A DNA stretch of 63,731 nt, counting the filler, from Choristocarpus tenellus KU-1152 (lineage: Eukaryota > Protista > Phaeophyceae): the NCBI GenBank assembly GCA_964200185.2. It is 6 parts of 6 records of this genome, joined end to end, with 100 filler letters (N's around TTAATTAATTAA, not from the genome) between each part and the next. Parts side by side here need not be neighbours in the genome. Positions count along the whole stretch, not along the records: positions 1 to 18,835 come from CAXNAD020000515.1; 5 more parts are not named here. One strand, 5' to 3'. A program made the translations under genes and the position numbers. Positions 1-14,500 of the stretch are shown piece by piece (positions within the stretch are counted from its first letter, which is position 1; the number at the start of each line of letters is the position of its first letter). The notes below the pieces were generated by a model, which had not been told where the DNA came from, did no database searches, and saw only the letters and a program-made list of their open reading frames with translations.

Positions 1-3000
1 TCGTAGTCCCGCTCCATCCCCAATTTTGAAAATCCTCTGTTAGAGGAAGACACAGCTGACCCAGTGTATCTGGTGCCCGTGCAGACCAACAGCATGTATG
101 TTCTTTCACCACTTACCTTCTGGGAACCTTTCCCGAGCAGATACACCTCTGCAACCTTGCAACTGAGTTGCCAGACCTACTTGCTGAATACCTGCGGGAT
201 CAACTTTTAGAGTGTGAGCAATCGTAGTACAAATAAGACTACTGAGTGAAAATTTGTACAGGAGGTGCTATGCAGGGAGGGATGCACATGAACCTACCAT
301 ATATGGAAGAGAATTGACATTGCCCTGACCTCCCCAATTGAAATCACACCGACATTGAAGGATTGTGCATCCTTGAAGACTATCAGACTGCAAACACCTC
401 AGTGAATGCCTCAACCAACATATGATTTTGCACAATCCTTAACGGTAAAGCACACTATGCAACTACAAAACCTGGTGATACTCAACACCACCACCATTCC
501 CAAAAGTGTTGCAATACTCATAAAGCAGCCAACAAACTACAGTAACTGTGTGGATATGTCGCTGCTCCAGGTACATTGTTTGTGCACTGTCGTACACTGG
601 GAGGTAGGTATGTACAACTACTTCCACATGTATATTGCAGCTATCAGATATTGTCCTTACACCAATTGTAACAATGGATGAGAACCTGACAAACTACGAG
701 CCGAGATTTGGAGAAGTATCTCACTACACACCAACAATACTTTGAAGTACCAGTTAAATACGGGTAGGCTACTTATCCCTGTTTTTCATTTGTGAGAGTT
801 CATTTTTTCTACCTAGAAAAACATTTCAGAAAGGCAGCATGCCCTAGCATCAACTCTGTACCACTTTGCTTGGTTGCTTAGGGCCTGCTTTTCACTGTGG
901 TGTGCAATTAATGCCAGCCCCCCCCTCAGCTTGTCGCAACTGGTTAACTCAGCAGTACAAAAAAGCAGCCTGTTGCACAAAATCATAAACTCGCACAAAC
1001 CTTGTACCATAACATTTTGTTTTTCCTATCAATGACTTACCAGGTCGAAAAACCAGATCCAGTTCCACTATTTCAATCTCACTGATATCTTACAAATGCC
1101 AACATGCAAGACATGTCTCCACAAAAATCAGTGGAATCAGAAACAGTCAACTGTACAGTATATCAGCAAGTAAGCACCTATAGGAATGAGGACATAACCC
1201 TTTGCCACTATGAAGCAATAGCCCATTTGTCTCAATGTAGACAGTGTAGTTGCAGCGTTGCCTGTCCTAAATATAACTCCTCTCTGTGCACAATATGCCA
1301 TCAATACGATTACAGAAAACTCAACAAAGCATGATCCATTCCTCATATTGAATATTTGTGCTCTTTCCATTTTCTCTGGCTAGGCCTTACAGTTGTAGGT
1401 CATACAGATGTAGGTCTAGCCCACAAAGAACAAAAAAAACGCAGCAACAGGAATGGATTACCTAACCCCACATGGTGACACATACTGAACACAATCACAC
1501 AAAAGTGTACACAAATAAGAAATACAAGGCGTCCAAACAGGAAAAGATCCCAATGTTTTACAGCAGGTAGCAAACGAAACTAAACTACCAAACACAAGCA
1601 CTGTGAAGAAATGAAGAAATTTCAAGTTCGGCCAACTCACTGTCACTGTTGTTGGAAAAGACACACATTTGAAACTTCATCTACATCTATAGAACCATCA
1701 AATTTGGGCTTACAGGGATTCAGAAGGTTTCACCAAACTTTTTTTTCCCTCCCATCTTTATATTCTAGAGACAAGTACACAGGAGGACACACTATACTTC
1801 ATTAAACAAAACTCTCTTACAATCAGAGGACACGTGAAAACCAAACCTCTCATTAACAGGTCTGTAAAAGTGAAATATTTTAAGAAAGAAACCTTATTGA
1901 AGGGCACAGTTGTCTCCAAACAAAGTCGGTGTAGAGTTAAGGATAAAGGATGCACCTTAGAGAAGGTGACTTCTTGGAATGGGAAGAATGGGATTGGACG
2001 AGAACATCGACTAGAAACATCCCATGAAGTAAGAGAGAAAAATCATGCTTTCTTGGCACACTACACTCTCACTACACTCTCACAGGTACTATGAAATATG
2101 GTTGAAGGGAATCACCCTATTTGCTTTTGCAAAGCTATCCCCAATTGCATCATCCCAAGTCAGCATTCTTCCCATTCACCACCAACCTTTCCACTCTCCT
2201 TTCGATTACTACTTGAGTTATATTTGATGTGTTGTAGTGATAGGAAGCAGTGAATTATTACATGAGGAAAAAATGAGTGACCAACAGGATCCTCCTGAAG
2301 AGACAACAAAGGGAATGGAGTATGAGGTTACTGGTATGATGAGGTTACTGGTAGCACCCCAGTACTACACCAATAATGCATATTTTGCATTCCACAGCCA
2401 GCTTATCCTTGGTTGCATCACATTTCTGTCAACTAGCATCTGACACATTTCTACTCATAAATCACAGCTCACTTGGCTGTGTCATCATCACAAAACACAT
2501 GGCCACAAGAACAAAACATATATAATAAATTTCTTGAGTGTGGGTGAGCACTGAATGGCAGCCCTGTGCTCTAGTTCATGTGTCAAACCCTAAAACAAAG
2601 TACTATAGGTTACAACCAGCTATCATGTGGAAGCTTCAAACCCATTTTGTGAACTTCACCCCTCCTCCCTGAGCAAATCCTGTCAGATCAGAAGCAGAAA
2701 AATCAAATGCAGAAGGAAAAATAATTAGGCGGGTAAATATTGTCTGCTAGATTTGAAGCTTCTGATCAACAACAAAAAGATTTTTAAAATAATGCTCAAA
2801 AAAAATATTATTGAAAGGAAGAAGGTATAGGAGAAGAGGACAGAGATATTCAGTTCAAGGGAGGAGAGAGACACCGACCCAAACTTGGCCCATTATGGGT
2901 TACTTTTTAGGCAGTTCAGGGCCTCCAGGCCAAGGTCAACATGCTTTCTACTGAGACTCCTCAAAGAGCGTGAGAGGTCAAGAACTGAGCAGGGCAGGGG

Positions 3001-3046
3001 GTGGCTGCTGCACACTTGCGGTGCATTTTGTAACTAACATCAATAC

Positions 3047-4400
3047 CTACAGAGTGAGACTACCACTGGGAGCTGGACTAGCGCTTGCAGCACAATTTGG
3101 GGTGAGCTCAAAGACAGCTTCAGACTTTGGAGTAAGGTTGGTAATCAACTGTTGGAGGGTGATAAACTCTGCCGGGATGAAGTGCACAGGTCTGGGAGGC
3201 CCATGAACTTCTTGTTGAGAAAACGACCAATCTTGACTGTCAATGGTGATCTTGGCTTTCTCACTGTGGCGCAAAAAATGGACCAAAAACGGATTCGTAA
3301 GTCTCATGCCAACATATTTTTGTGGCTGAACAAGGCGGGCTGGGAAGAAGCATCTGTGGATCAAACTGAATCTTAGGACTATTAGTAACACAAAGCAAAG
3401 CCATCAGGTTGACAGTTGGAATGGAACCTTTGAGGACACATTCAGTATGATCCACATCGACAATACTTGATTCTATATGATAGTGGGTGGTCAAATAGAT
3501 TGTAGTGGTAGTATGTTCCCTGCAGAGCGCATATCTAGTGGTCCAAAAACTTTAGCACAAGAGTCATATCCTTAAGTCATGCTTATTGTGGCAAATGGGT
3601 GGCCAGAAGGATTGGAATTTGTTGTGTGTGTGCTGTCAAGGAGGACTGCGGTCAAGGAGGACAAGTGCAAGAGAAGGAAGGCACCAGGGGAAACGTGAGG
3701 AGTACGGGAGTGATGTTTCCATAGAGATGCATAGCGGTGAAAGACTTGGTACATGTACACATATTCATCCCAGCACAAAATACCTTGGATGCTGGGGAGG
3801 CTGATGATTGTTTGGCATGACAGTGCCAGATTTCACAAAGGAAACCAGCCAAGAATTTCTTTCTGATGCCAAGCAAGGCAGGGGATTTTACATCAAGCAT
3901 CACCAAAATAAAATATCAACTTGGGCTTCTTTTGGCCCCTCAAAGTCAGGGTGATTGGGGGCACAGTATATGTCTGTTCAGGAGCTTGTTGATGGGTTTT
4001 TCTCAGAGAATTAACAGCACAATGTTGTGTTACTTGAGAGAGTGCACCAGAGCTTGTCCAAGGAGTACAATATTGTAGTTTTCACCAAAGTGGGTCTGCA
4101 GTTGCCCAGTGAGCTGGGCAATAACTGCTCAAAAATCAACAAGTAGGCTCTAAAGTTCTGGATGGGCAGGGACTCCCATAGCACTGAGAACTAATACTAA
4201 TGTAAAAGCAGGGCTTTTCATTGGGCTGGGCAGTTAGCATGTCGACCGTCGGCCGTAAGGCCTCAGGCCAGTTCATGACCCTGCCATGTTGAAGCAGTGA
4301 ATGGTGTTGGAATTGGTCATGTTTTGAAATTTGATAGACACAGCCCATAGTGGCCCTGGTTATGTTGAGCAAGTGATGACCATGGACTCAGCCATGTTAT
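3047..4400 (-). pseudogene. Decayed D5-like primase-helicase (D5_N + SF3 helicase) of probable viral/Polinton-like origin
   Basis: Minus-strand translation across frameshifts and stops gives, in D5 order: NTIHCFN(N)GRV (about 4310-4275), PCFYISISS (about 4215-4185), LLGQALVHSLK*HNIVLLI (about 4065-4010), SPALLGIRKKFLAGFLCE (3885-3832) and KVFCAG...FTAMHLYGNITPVLLTFPLVPSFSCTCPP (3786-3655). These resemble FxNGVxDL, PxDYIS, LGxxLxG, SPxLAxLxGKR...E and KxLTGGD.ITARxLY...CNxxP. Walker A is degenerate. Recognised by eye only. Confidence 0.55.
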
Positions 4401-5520
4401 AACTTGGTTGTACATGGCCGGCCAGTGAACCCGTTCATATTGAGTAAGCAATGATCATGGACTTGGTCATGTTAGAACATTTTTTGTCTATGGCCAGTCA
4501 AGTATTTTCCTTTTACGCTCAGGCTGGACACGTCATGACCATGCCTCCTATTCCATATCTTACCACTCTTCTTGAATACTGTATCCTAAATTTCAATTCT
4601 TTGCTGCAAGTATTGAATATATTGTACTCCGAAGTACATAGTGATATCTCTACATTATTTTATATTTTTATATTTAGAATATTAAAATTGTAAAAATAAT
4701 ACAAATACGTTGTTGGGTGCCTGAGAGACAAAGTAAGTGAGAGGTACCCAGGTTTACCTAGTGGACATGGACTGGGACATTAAATAATTGTGAGACCATT
4801 GTATTGTATTGTAGCCGCTGGGCGGGACTTTTTTTATTTGGTGGTCTGGTGAGAAGACCTTGTAAGAAGCATCCGAGAATTTCAAAAATGCCGTACTTTT
4901 CTTCATCTGTGGATTCCCTTTAAAAAAAGTAAAAAGTACACATTAGTTGTAAAATACCTCTGAAACAGGGGTAGCAGTACACTAATTTGGCTAATGCAAG
5001 GCAAGGCACAATGAATAGGGTTAAGGTTCACTGCCTTGACTGAATAAAGAAAGTACAAAGGAGCAGAGCAGCCCAATTGATGAAATATTGAAAATAAAAA
5101 TGGAAACACCAGTGCAGGAATCACCATCAAAAACACAAACAGCACATTTGCAAAGAACCTAACCAGTCATCTCCGCAGCGTATCACACCCTACTCCTACA
5201 ATTTTGTTCAGTTCCTTGACACAATTGCCTCTCAAAACCAGTGCAGCTTCCCTGCTCTAGTATACATTCTATTCTGAATGAAGACAAAGAGTATAATTTT
5301 TTTTCTATCAGTTCAAAGACGAAGGTGGACACTGTTGAGGAGTACACAACAACACACAACAAGTGTTTTAACCATCTTCTCACTCCCAGAACATCACTCC
5401 AACAGTTCCTACTGGTGCAGGCAACACCTCATTCAAGGAATATTATACAGAGAGAGTGGTGCGTGATGAGGACAAACGCACAGGACGGGAGGGGAGGATG
5501 AAGGAGGGGTTGATACATAC

Positions 5521-8500
5521 CTGTTGCTTCACTGGAGCCATGAATATCTCTGAGAGGGCTTTCTTGAAGACATTAATGTTGTAGTCTGTGAGTCCCTTCT
5601 TCTCAAATTTGTCTTCTCGGAGAAGACAAACCAAAGCCAGGTAACTGCACAAAAAATATAATTGCAAAGTACACATCCAAACAAGGCAACAATCACATCA
5701 GACGTAGCAAGAAATTTGTGTGAGAGGTTATGAAAAAAGACATTAGATGATCACAGGGTTGGACCTCAATTGAGGAGGATAGATCATGTACTGCAATGCC
5801 AGTTACAAATATATAGTGTGTATAACATTCTTGAGGACAATACTAATGTCAAAATAGGTGATGTGTAATAGATGTGTAGTAGATGTGTAGTAGATGTGAT
5901 AACACCAGTTGAAACACGATTTGAAATCTACAGTGGGGAATACATCCACGGTCTAACCCAGATAATCATTTGTAAACCACTATGCCATCAATTGAGAAGG
6001 TTGTGTAAGGCCTCAAACTCTAGCATCACAAAAAGATAGGTGTACAATGCTACTTCCTTGTAACTGTCATCAGACAACGAACACCGTAAAAAGAAACTAA
6101 GCCTGCATAGTCAACATTCTAACTTGAGAACTTCTTGGGGGGTAATAATTTCCCATGGTTAGGGCTTACCAAGTGCAGACTGCACAAATGTGTTAAAGGA
6201 TACAGCTTGACTAGCCATGTAGGGACAGCGAACGTTTGGGGTTCGCTATAGTCAGGCATCAAGAAAATAGTCCCATAGAAAGCTCTCATGCAAGCAGCCA
6301 ACAAGGAGGAAAGGCCTCACACTTGACGTTATTGCTGACATGCAGAACAGAGTGCATCAAATCTCTCACCCCATCCATCCCCTTCGCAGGAACTAAACAA
6401 CTATCAAATACAATGAGCACTACCAGCACAACCGCAGGCACTCCAAGACAACACGACACTGTAGGTAAGGTGTAATACAGGTGATATACAGGCTACGTGG
6501 CTGTCCCTGTGGTACTAAAAGGACAAATGGAATCCATAGCTGTTGAACATATTTACTGAACAAGTGCGGCTCGAGGGTTGCTTGTTTGTGATCTTGTTTG
6601 CGATCTTTTTTGTGATCTACGCATCGTATCACTTACAGTCTTGTCATCATACTAACTGAGTTGCTACAGCTCACTGACTTGAAAAATATTCGGCACAATA
6701 GTCTAATGCAGGTATAAACAGTACTAATACTAGTATTTGTTACACACACACATGCCCACTTGGTAGGTACAACAAAAAAACATATATTTTGTATGTATGT
6801 ATGATCACAAATCCTTCCAATTCACAAAACTAATTTGTATCAGTCATGCTAACACTGAAATAAAATAATACTATTAAAAACAAAACAGTCCTATTTTGTG
6901 TGAGGTGTTTGATGGGGTTTTTGTAACATGTTGGCCAGTTAGGAGAAAATAACACAACAATATCCACTGCATGTGTATCAAAACAAACACAAATAAAACA
7001 CACCCACTCTTCTCAAGCATGTCTACTGTCTTGACATGTATTATTTTAACACTGACACATGAAATGGGTTTGCAGATTTCCACTGCCTGTTTCACACTGA
7101 TGATGTTTTCTAACCTCCTACTAACAGTACATCAAAACATGGCAATTATACTCTTATCATTTCTGCAGTTAAGACACTGTGTATGCCTGGACAGGCCCTA
7201 CTGAACAAACTGGTACACTGGACTCATAAAGAGGTGAGATACACCAGGTAATGGTTCAGATCGGGCCTCTCAGAAACCTCAGTGACCCAGAACTGGACCC
7301 TCAAAAACATATGCCCAGGGACAGGACCTAGAACAACCGTCCAGCACTATGCAAGGCCCTGTGAGAAAAATTGCCTCAGGCTGGTAGTTTGATGGATTTG
7401 CTATGACCTGTAACCCAATATGGAGTCAAAGGCATCTTTACATCAAACCTTGTTGTAATGACAGAACTTTTCCTCATTCCTGGATGATAAAATCTCAGAC
7501 TAGTCTCAGAATTTCTTTCAGCATTGTAACTTTGTTTCACCTCAGAAATTTGAACTTTGGGCTCATGTCACAAAAGATTTTACCTCTTGCCCCAAACAGC
7601 AATATGTCGTATGTCATCTTGTCAATATTCATGTTATGTGCTTAACCCCAATTTTCAAAGACATGTGAATAGGGGAATTCCCACTTCAAAGCCATAGGAC
7701 AAGAAAGCTAGAAGGAGGGTACACTGGTAGCAAATGATTACAACAACAGGATGTACCTTCAACAATGGAGACACAAGCCTAAAACATGAAAACAATTGTC
7801 AAAATACAGTGTCCATAGCACCTGTTCACTTCTCGGAGGTACAGCACCAGCCCATTATCAAGGGCAATGACCCCCTCTGAGTCACTGTCATATGCCAGTC
7901 CTTCTGAGCCTTCCTCCTGCAACAGCAATGTTAACAAAAGTATCACATGTCAATTGCACAGGAAGAACAATAAAAATTTGGGGCACATGCTTAGCTGTGG
8001 GGGGGATCTGATTTTCCACTGGCATGGGAAAGGGTAGTTTAATATAATAGTACTAGAAAACATTGATTCCATTGAAGCACACAACTATCATAGGAGTGAA
8101 TAAATCCATGATGTACATGGACAGTCTTCAATAATGTAAGAAAATAAAACAACTGCCGTCACATCGATCAACAGAACCAATATTGAGACACATCACACAT
8201 ACCCCCGTCACCTCAACCTGTTAACCTAACTCCATCATCCACAGCCCCATTAACACCTTGCAACTTAACAAATAGTATTCTTAGTAACATGAATTTTCTT
8301 ACCATGGTGTGTTTCACTCTACAGTCTAGCCAAAGAGAACAGCATGTACATCCAATACATCCCTTGTGGTACAAACCTAACCCAAATCACATAAGCTATA
8401 TGATTCCAAATCCAATCAGTCCTGCCAAACTCACTTACCTCCCCCTGTACACCATATATGCAGGACACATCTATCACAACATCAATCATGTCACTGCAGA

Positions 8501-11500
8501 GTTCATATGTCTGCATGTCCACCGGGTTGGAGTCTGTGGCGATGTATATCCTTGATACCACATCAAACAGAAACGCCTTTTCCATCTGACAATGCTAAAT
8601 AGGCAGTCACAAGTCATGGAAATATCATCTTCTCAGTGCTGTGAAGGTGAGGAAACAAGCACTAAGTTCATGGAACTGCACCAACAGTAACATCACATTC
8701 AAATAACCCTTAATACAACACCAATCAGTGTTATGCATGTAATACATGAAGTAGACAGTGGTATGATTAACATTGATTACTAAACTGATGATACATACTT
8801 CCGAGTGCATCTCTACATTGCTGTCACCGTGTCAACAACAAATTCAAGTAGTTCCATACAATATTCTTCTTCTGAAAGTCACACCTTCACCCCCTTAAGA
8901 CTAAAGGCTACTGCCCAATCTGGTAATTGGTCTCATTTTGGACTGTGAGGGTGTCAATTGACCATCAATGATAGTGCGAAAATGGTCACACAAAAGAAGT
9001 CACATACATTTGGTGTGGTCTCTTCAAAGGATCTTTTGGGTACCAGTTAATAGGAACCTTGGGTTGCACCATGTCGTACTATCTGAGGTTCCTAAAACAA
9101 CACCTGAGCACAAGATCCTTACCATTAATGCAAATAGCATATTTGGACAATGTTCAAAATGGTGATACTGGTATTCAGTGGAGATGGGGATGGTATCAAA
9201 ATGGAGTATCACCACAAAGAAAAGACCTAAGCAACTTGGTGATGGTTTTTATTGCTAACTTCAACGATGCATAGGAAACCCTCACACAAAAGCAATTGCT
9301 CAAGGACTAAGTACCATATTAGAAGCACAGGACCATTGCATTAAAAATTGAGAGGATTTGTACCAATGTCAAAAGAGGAACACTATCAACACTCAACGGG
9401 AAACAATATGCTGGGAAGGATACAGACAACATTTGCCGGTGATGGCATTAGAGGGAACAATGAATATGCAACAACAATCCAACAGTACGCAACGGCTAAC
9501 AAGCAAACAACAAACTCAATTCAAGACTGCAAAAACAAGTTTCAACCTCAAGACCCCAACATTGGTGCTTCATTTCCAAAACCAAATGAGAAAGAGGATA
9601 TTCTTTTGAACCTCAAAGTACCTTTTAGTACTTTAAAGTAGGGATTACAAAGGCGTAGTCCCTTGTTAAAGAAAAGGATTCTAGGTTGGATAGAGCCAGT
9701 TCAAAACCTCAACCTACAAAAGTGTTAAGGCAGACCTGATTCATAGTAAAACATGTAGCTGTATTTATGTGATATGTCACGTTCATTTAATCTATCAACA
9801 GGAAACTAAATACCAACCCAACATCCTAACAAAGGGGTGATGAGAGAGAGAAGACTTTCCCCCTACTAATCTTTTGCTCTTGCACTACTCTCATGCCTAT
9901 TTCACATCAAGACAAACTACAAAGGCAAAACCTAAGGTGCAACATACCTAAATAACATACCCAAATAACATTCAAACACACACACACACACAAAAGTGAA
10001 GTGCGTACTTTAGGGACACTCACCGATATCAGGACATTCAGAAGAGTCTCTAAGGTGGGTAGCTGGGGTATGAGCTTTTGAACTACCTTGCTGAAGGCCT
10101 CAAATATGCTGTGGTCTGTTATTAAGTCAACAGTCATTGGTTGCATTGTGAACTTGTGTTATGTGGTGAGGTCATTAAAATCACAACAAAAAATTGGGGG
10201 TTTCTGAACATAAAAAGATACTTTTGAGGTGACTACAACAAGCTATCTTGAATGACTTGGAGGTCATAGTACACCTCTCACTACAACTGTGTGTTCTACC
10301 CTTCTCAAGGCATCCATATGTAACACATCCCTATCTATAACCTTACAAGAATATACTATTCAAAATAATAATATTAATCTTGGTAGAGTATACTGATGGC
10401 ATGTCTTCAAACTGAAGTAGTGCTCAAGGCGAACCTAAATGAACTTATCATATCAAGCTTTAAAATACTTTAAAAGTACATTGGGCTTTCTTAAAGGAGG
10501 ATGTGTGTGTAACCCAGCTGTAACCTCAGAGGACATCCAAGTGACACAAGCCACACTCACTCTGAGACAATCAAATCAGCATCCTCAAATATAAATCAAG
10601 GTCTGTAGTATAAAATACATTTCAATTTAAGCTCCCCTAAAGAGTGGAACCCTAGGTTTTTGGGGTGCAAGGACAAAGAAATTATTGAAATCTAACATAC
10701 ACAGTCTCACATCTACCTCCACACAACTGGATATTTCCTATGAAATATACACACACAAAAAAAATGCCAGCAAGGCATCATTCCAGATAAAACTCCCTAG
10801 ACAAGTTTGACACCATGCCCATCGGCCCCCTCCCAAAACCAACCTTTAACTCTAGAATTATGTGGAGTGCTGAATTTACAAAAAACAACTGATTCTTACC
10901 CCCATATCATCAGCACACTGTTCACTTACTCCCATAGCTTTGCTCAATAATCTATTCATGTCGCAAAAACAAGGTGACTGATTGCAATAACCACCACAAC
11001 TATCAAGTGCAAAACACAAGACATACTTCAATGTGCAGCTAATGTTGACCAGTCCATAAAAACATAATATTTCTGAAGTATGAAGTAATAAATCAGTCTG
11101 TTTGAATCATAGAATGTGACTAAAGAGTACAATAATTCAGTCGAAGTTCATACACATTCCCTCCTTACCCTCAGCCTTACCATAAATGCTTGTCAGGTAG
11201 TATGCAATGTGTACATCCAGGCCCACCTCCCTAAGCTCATTGGTTATGGCTGTGGATATTTCCCTTTGGCATTCAATTTTGTGTTCATCATACAAAAACA
11301 GGTCTCCATCCACCTTATCAAAAAAGTAACCATGACCAACACATATTTGTTAGTAAATTGGATAATTCTCATGGGACAGAATATTATCATATTGCACAAT
11401 ACCTTGGTGCTAACATGTGCTGTGGGTACTGATCAATTTACCATATTATTATCACATACCAAGTGGTATCTTCCTGTGAGGAGACACTGATAGACACAAT

Positions 11501-14500
11501 AGAATCATAGTTTAAATGTGTTGGACCTGCTCTCCACTCCTGTACACTATGTATCACAACAAATACCTTCAAGCGCAATACACATCTAAAAAGGATCATA
11601 TACTGGAGTTGTCCTCCTAGACATAGTACAAACAAGATCGTCTACAATGGATAGGACACGTTGTCATCACTTCTGGTTCATTAGTATCACTTATCGTCAG
11701 ATGATGTTGGTTACTGTTACTGTTACTGCTACTGTTACTGTTCTACCTGGTACAGAAAGTACATCACATCCCCTACAGGGATAACACACAATTTCATTGG
11801 TACACTATTCTAAGTCAGATTTCACCAACGCCTTGGGGCACACAACACTCATCAGGACAACACACCACAGCGTAAAGGTTGAACATAACACACGGTGTTA
11901 AAAAATAACACACACAGTGTTAAACACAACACACAGTGTTAAACACAACACACAGTCAGGTACTTGTCCACTGTACTGCACTAGTAGTAGAACTTGCTAT
12001 TCCAATGAATATCAGCAGTACTCTAGCAGTACTCTAGCAGTACTCTAGCCTAGTAGAACAAAAGAAAGTCAAACAACATGAGGGGGGGATATAAAATATC
12101 TTGTGACATCACATGTTTATTTGACTCCAGTTCACTCTTCACTGAAGCACTAAGTATCACAGTGGTATGATTAAATAAAACTCAAATAGAGTCAACCTAT
12201 GTTAAACACCATCACCCACCTTATGGATGAAGACCTCAACACACATCTTCTTGTTAACATGGTGTGCCCGCTTCACAGTGTTTGCAAGCCTGCTTAATGC
12301 ATCTGTGTATGGCTCAGCCTACCTCACTCACCAACGCATGTCATTTTTTTGTAGTGGTGAATAGCCAAAGCATATCGAGACCAAAGAGAAGAAGGACATA
12401 TTGTTGTAAGGGTTGTTGTGTCACCAAACAAAGAACAACCTACCAGGCAATTGTACTACCTTGCAGTTCTTGAAGCATACAATAACTTAGTTTGACTCGA
12501 GTCCTCATTGCCAACTAAAACAGAGGAACAATCATGGACAAAACAACACTCTTTGGGTACTGCATGGAAACCATGCCCGTATTACCTGTGCATCAATCAC
12601 CAGCACAAGGGCAGAGCAGCTGCTAAAAAGATCCACTTCTGTCATCCTCTCCCCTTTGTAGATGAGGTCTATATCTTCCGGGTAGTGAGTGGACATGATT
12701 GCATAGTGGCATGAAGTTTATAGGTGTAAGGTGTAAGTTGGATAGCAACCACGAGGAAATCTTTTTGGTGCAAAACATAATTTGTAACTACAACAGTGCA
12801 CTACATTTATTGACTTCACTTGCATGATCCAGACTATTCCTGACTTCTACTCTTGGTGGCACAAGCTTCAAGACCATCGAACTGATCGATCCTTTGGAGA
12901 ACTTGCAAAACAAATTTGGGCAACAGGGAATACGGGTAAGTTAAGAATATAGACCTGGGGTGAGATTAGGGATAGGGGTGCTCTTCTGGATGGGTGGATA
13001 GTGTGTCAAATTTTGTCTTGGTGAAACAGGGGGGTGTATTTAAGTCACAGCAACAAAACATTGACATCAAAATGTAAAAAAAGTTGAATAGAGTTGAAGG
13101 CTTGCAACTGCAAGTAGTCTCATTGTGATTGGAGGATCAAGATCTAGCCTTGCAAACAGCACAACACACAAAAGACATACACACACAAAGGCATGCAATA
13201 TGCTCTATGTGAGCAATGAAGATATACTGCACAACAGTGTCCCTGTAAAGTTATTTGATGCCACACTATACATTGATGCTTCCCCATGTTATTATTCACA
13301 ACAGTCCAAGAGATTACAAGCCTGTGGCCAAAATGCGCTCACAACAAACCACAAACACAATCATTCAGAAAACAAAAAAATATATACTCCCTCTGCATTG
13401 TGGTGAATTGGACAATAGCCCGAGAGCCAACCCTAGAGTCACATCGCCTAATGGTCGTTCCACACCCACCACATACAAAATTATCAATAGATCAGAGTAG
13501 AAATAGTGGATCTTGTGGGGGGGTGTAATCCTACAATAGCAAGATATCATTTATATATATATACACTGCCACTCCCGAGGGTGATTAATGCGCATGGTTG
13601 TTGTCTATTAATATATAATGAGGAGTATGCAGCCTAGTACCAGCACTCCACAGAGCAAACCATTGAGAAATTTTGAGGGTAACATCTCAGACAGAAGAGT
13701 GAAGTAAATAGGCTTATTTGGGTACATGAAAGATGCTGTGAGCCCAAGTATCTTAGAGGGTAAAGCCGCATCCATTTGGGGGCCAAAATCCAATGTTACA
13801 ATTTTGATATAATTATATTTTGGCTTTCGTGTTTGTTAGGAAGTGTCAATATCCTTGTTCCAAACACACCTTTTCATAACGTATACATTTTACCTACTCC
13901 AAAATATTTTGGAGTAGGAAAATGTCTAAAAACCCTGAGTGAAGCCAAGCCCCAAATGGACAAACAGGGAAAAGCTTGTACCCTCTAAGATACTTTCACT
14001 CTGTCAAATACTGTAAGACCTAATATAGGGGTACAAAAAAACATGGATGGCCTCGTTTCCAGCTGCTGTTCACACAAGTTTGACAGCTGTTAGATAGGGC
14101 TACAAGAAGGATGTGATTGAAGATGCTTAGGCGAGACCCAACGCTAGACATCACTATCCAAGCATTTTAGATATTGCATGAAATGAAACATGTAGTCTCT
14201 TCTGTGTAGAACAGACATTTAAAGCTCTAGTTAGTGCCGAGTTAGGAGGATTTTGATTCCCTAATACATATTGATATTATATTGCCCTGATTTGTGGGTC
14301 ATAGATATCAAATGACACAGTCAGTTCCTCTACTAATTATGAGAACATACTAGACTTACACTTTTTTAAGCACTACACTCAGATTTCCTATGCTTAGAAC
14401 CACAGTTAAAATTACATTACTCTGTAGTGAATTTTGATATAGCATGCCCCATACTCAGCACTACCCATAGCATATGCCACAGCACCACCTGCCATTAGAT

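Noticed and set aside
1-2800. Short ORFs and candidate final RagC exons (e.g. 1484-1462, 177-118)
   Set aside because: Splice-like signals exist, but no homology lets me choose among them.
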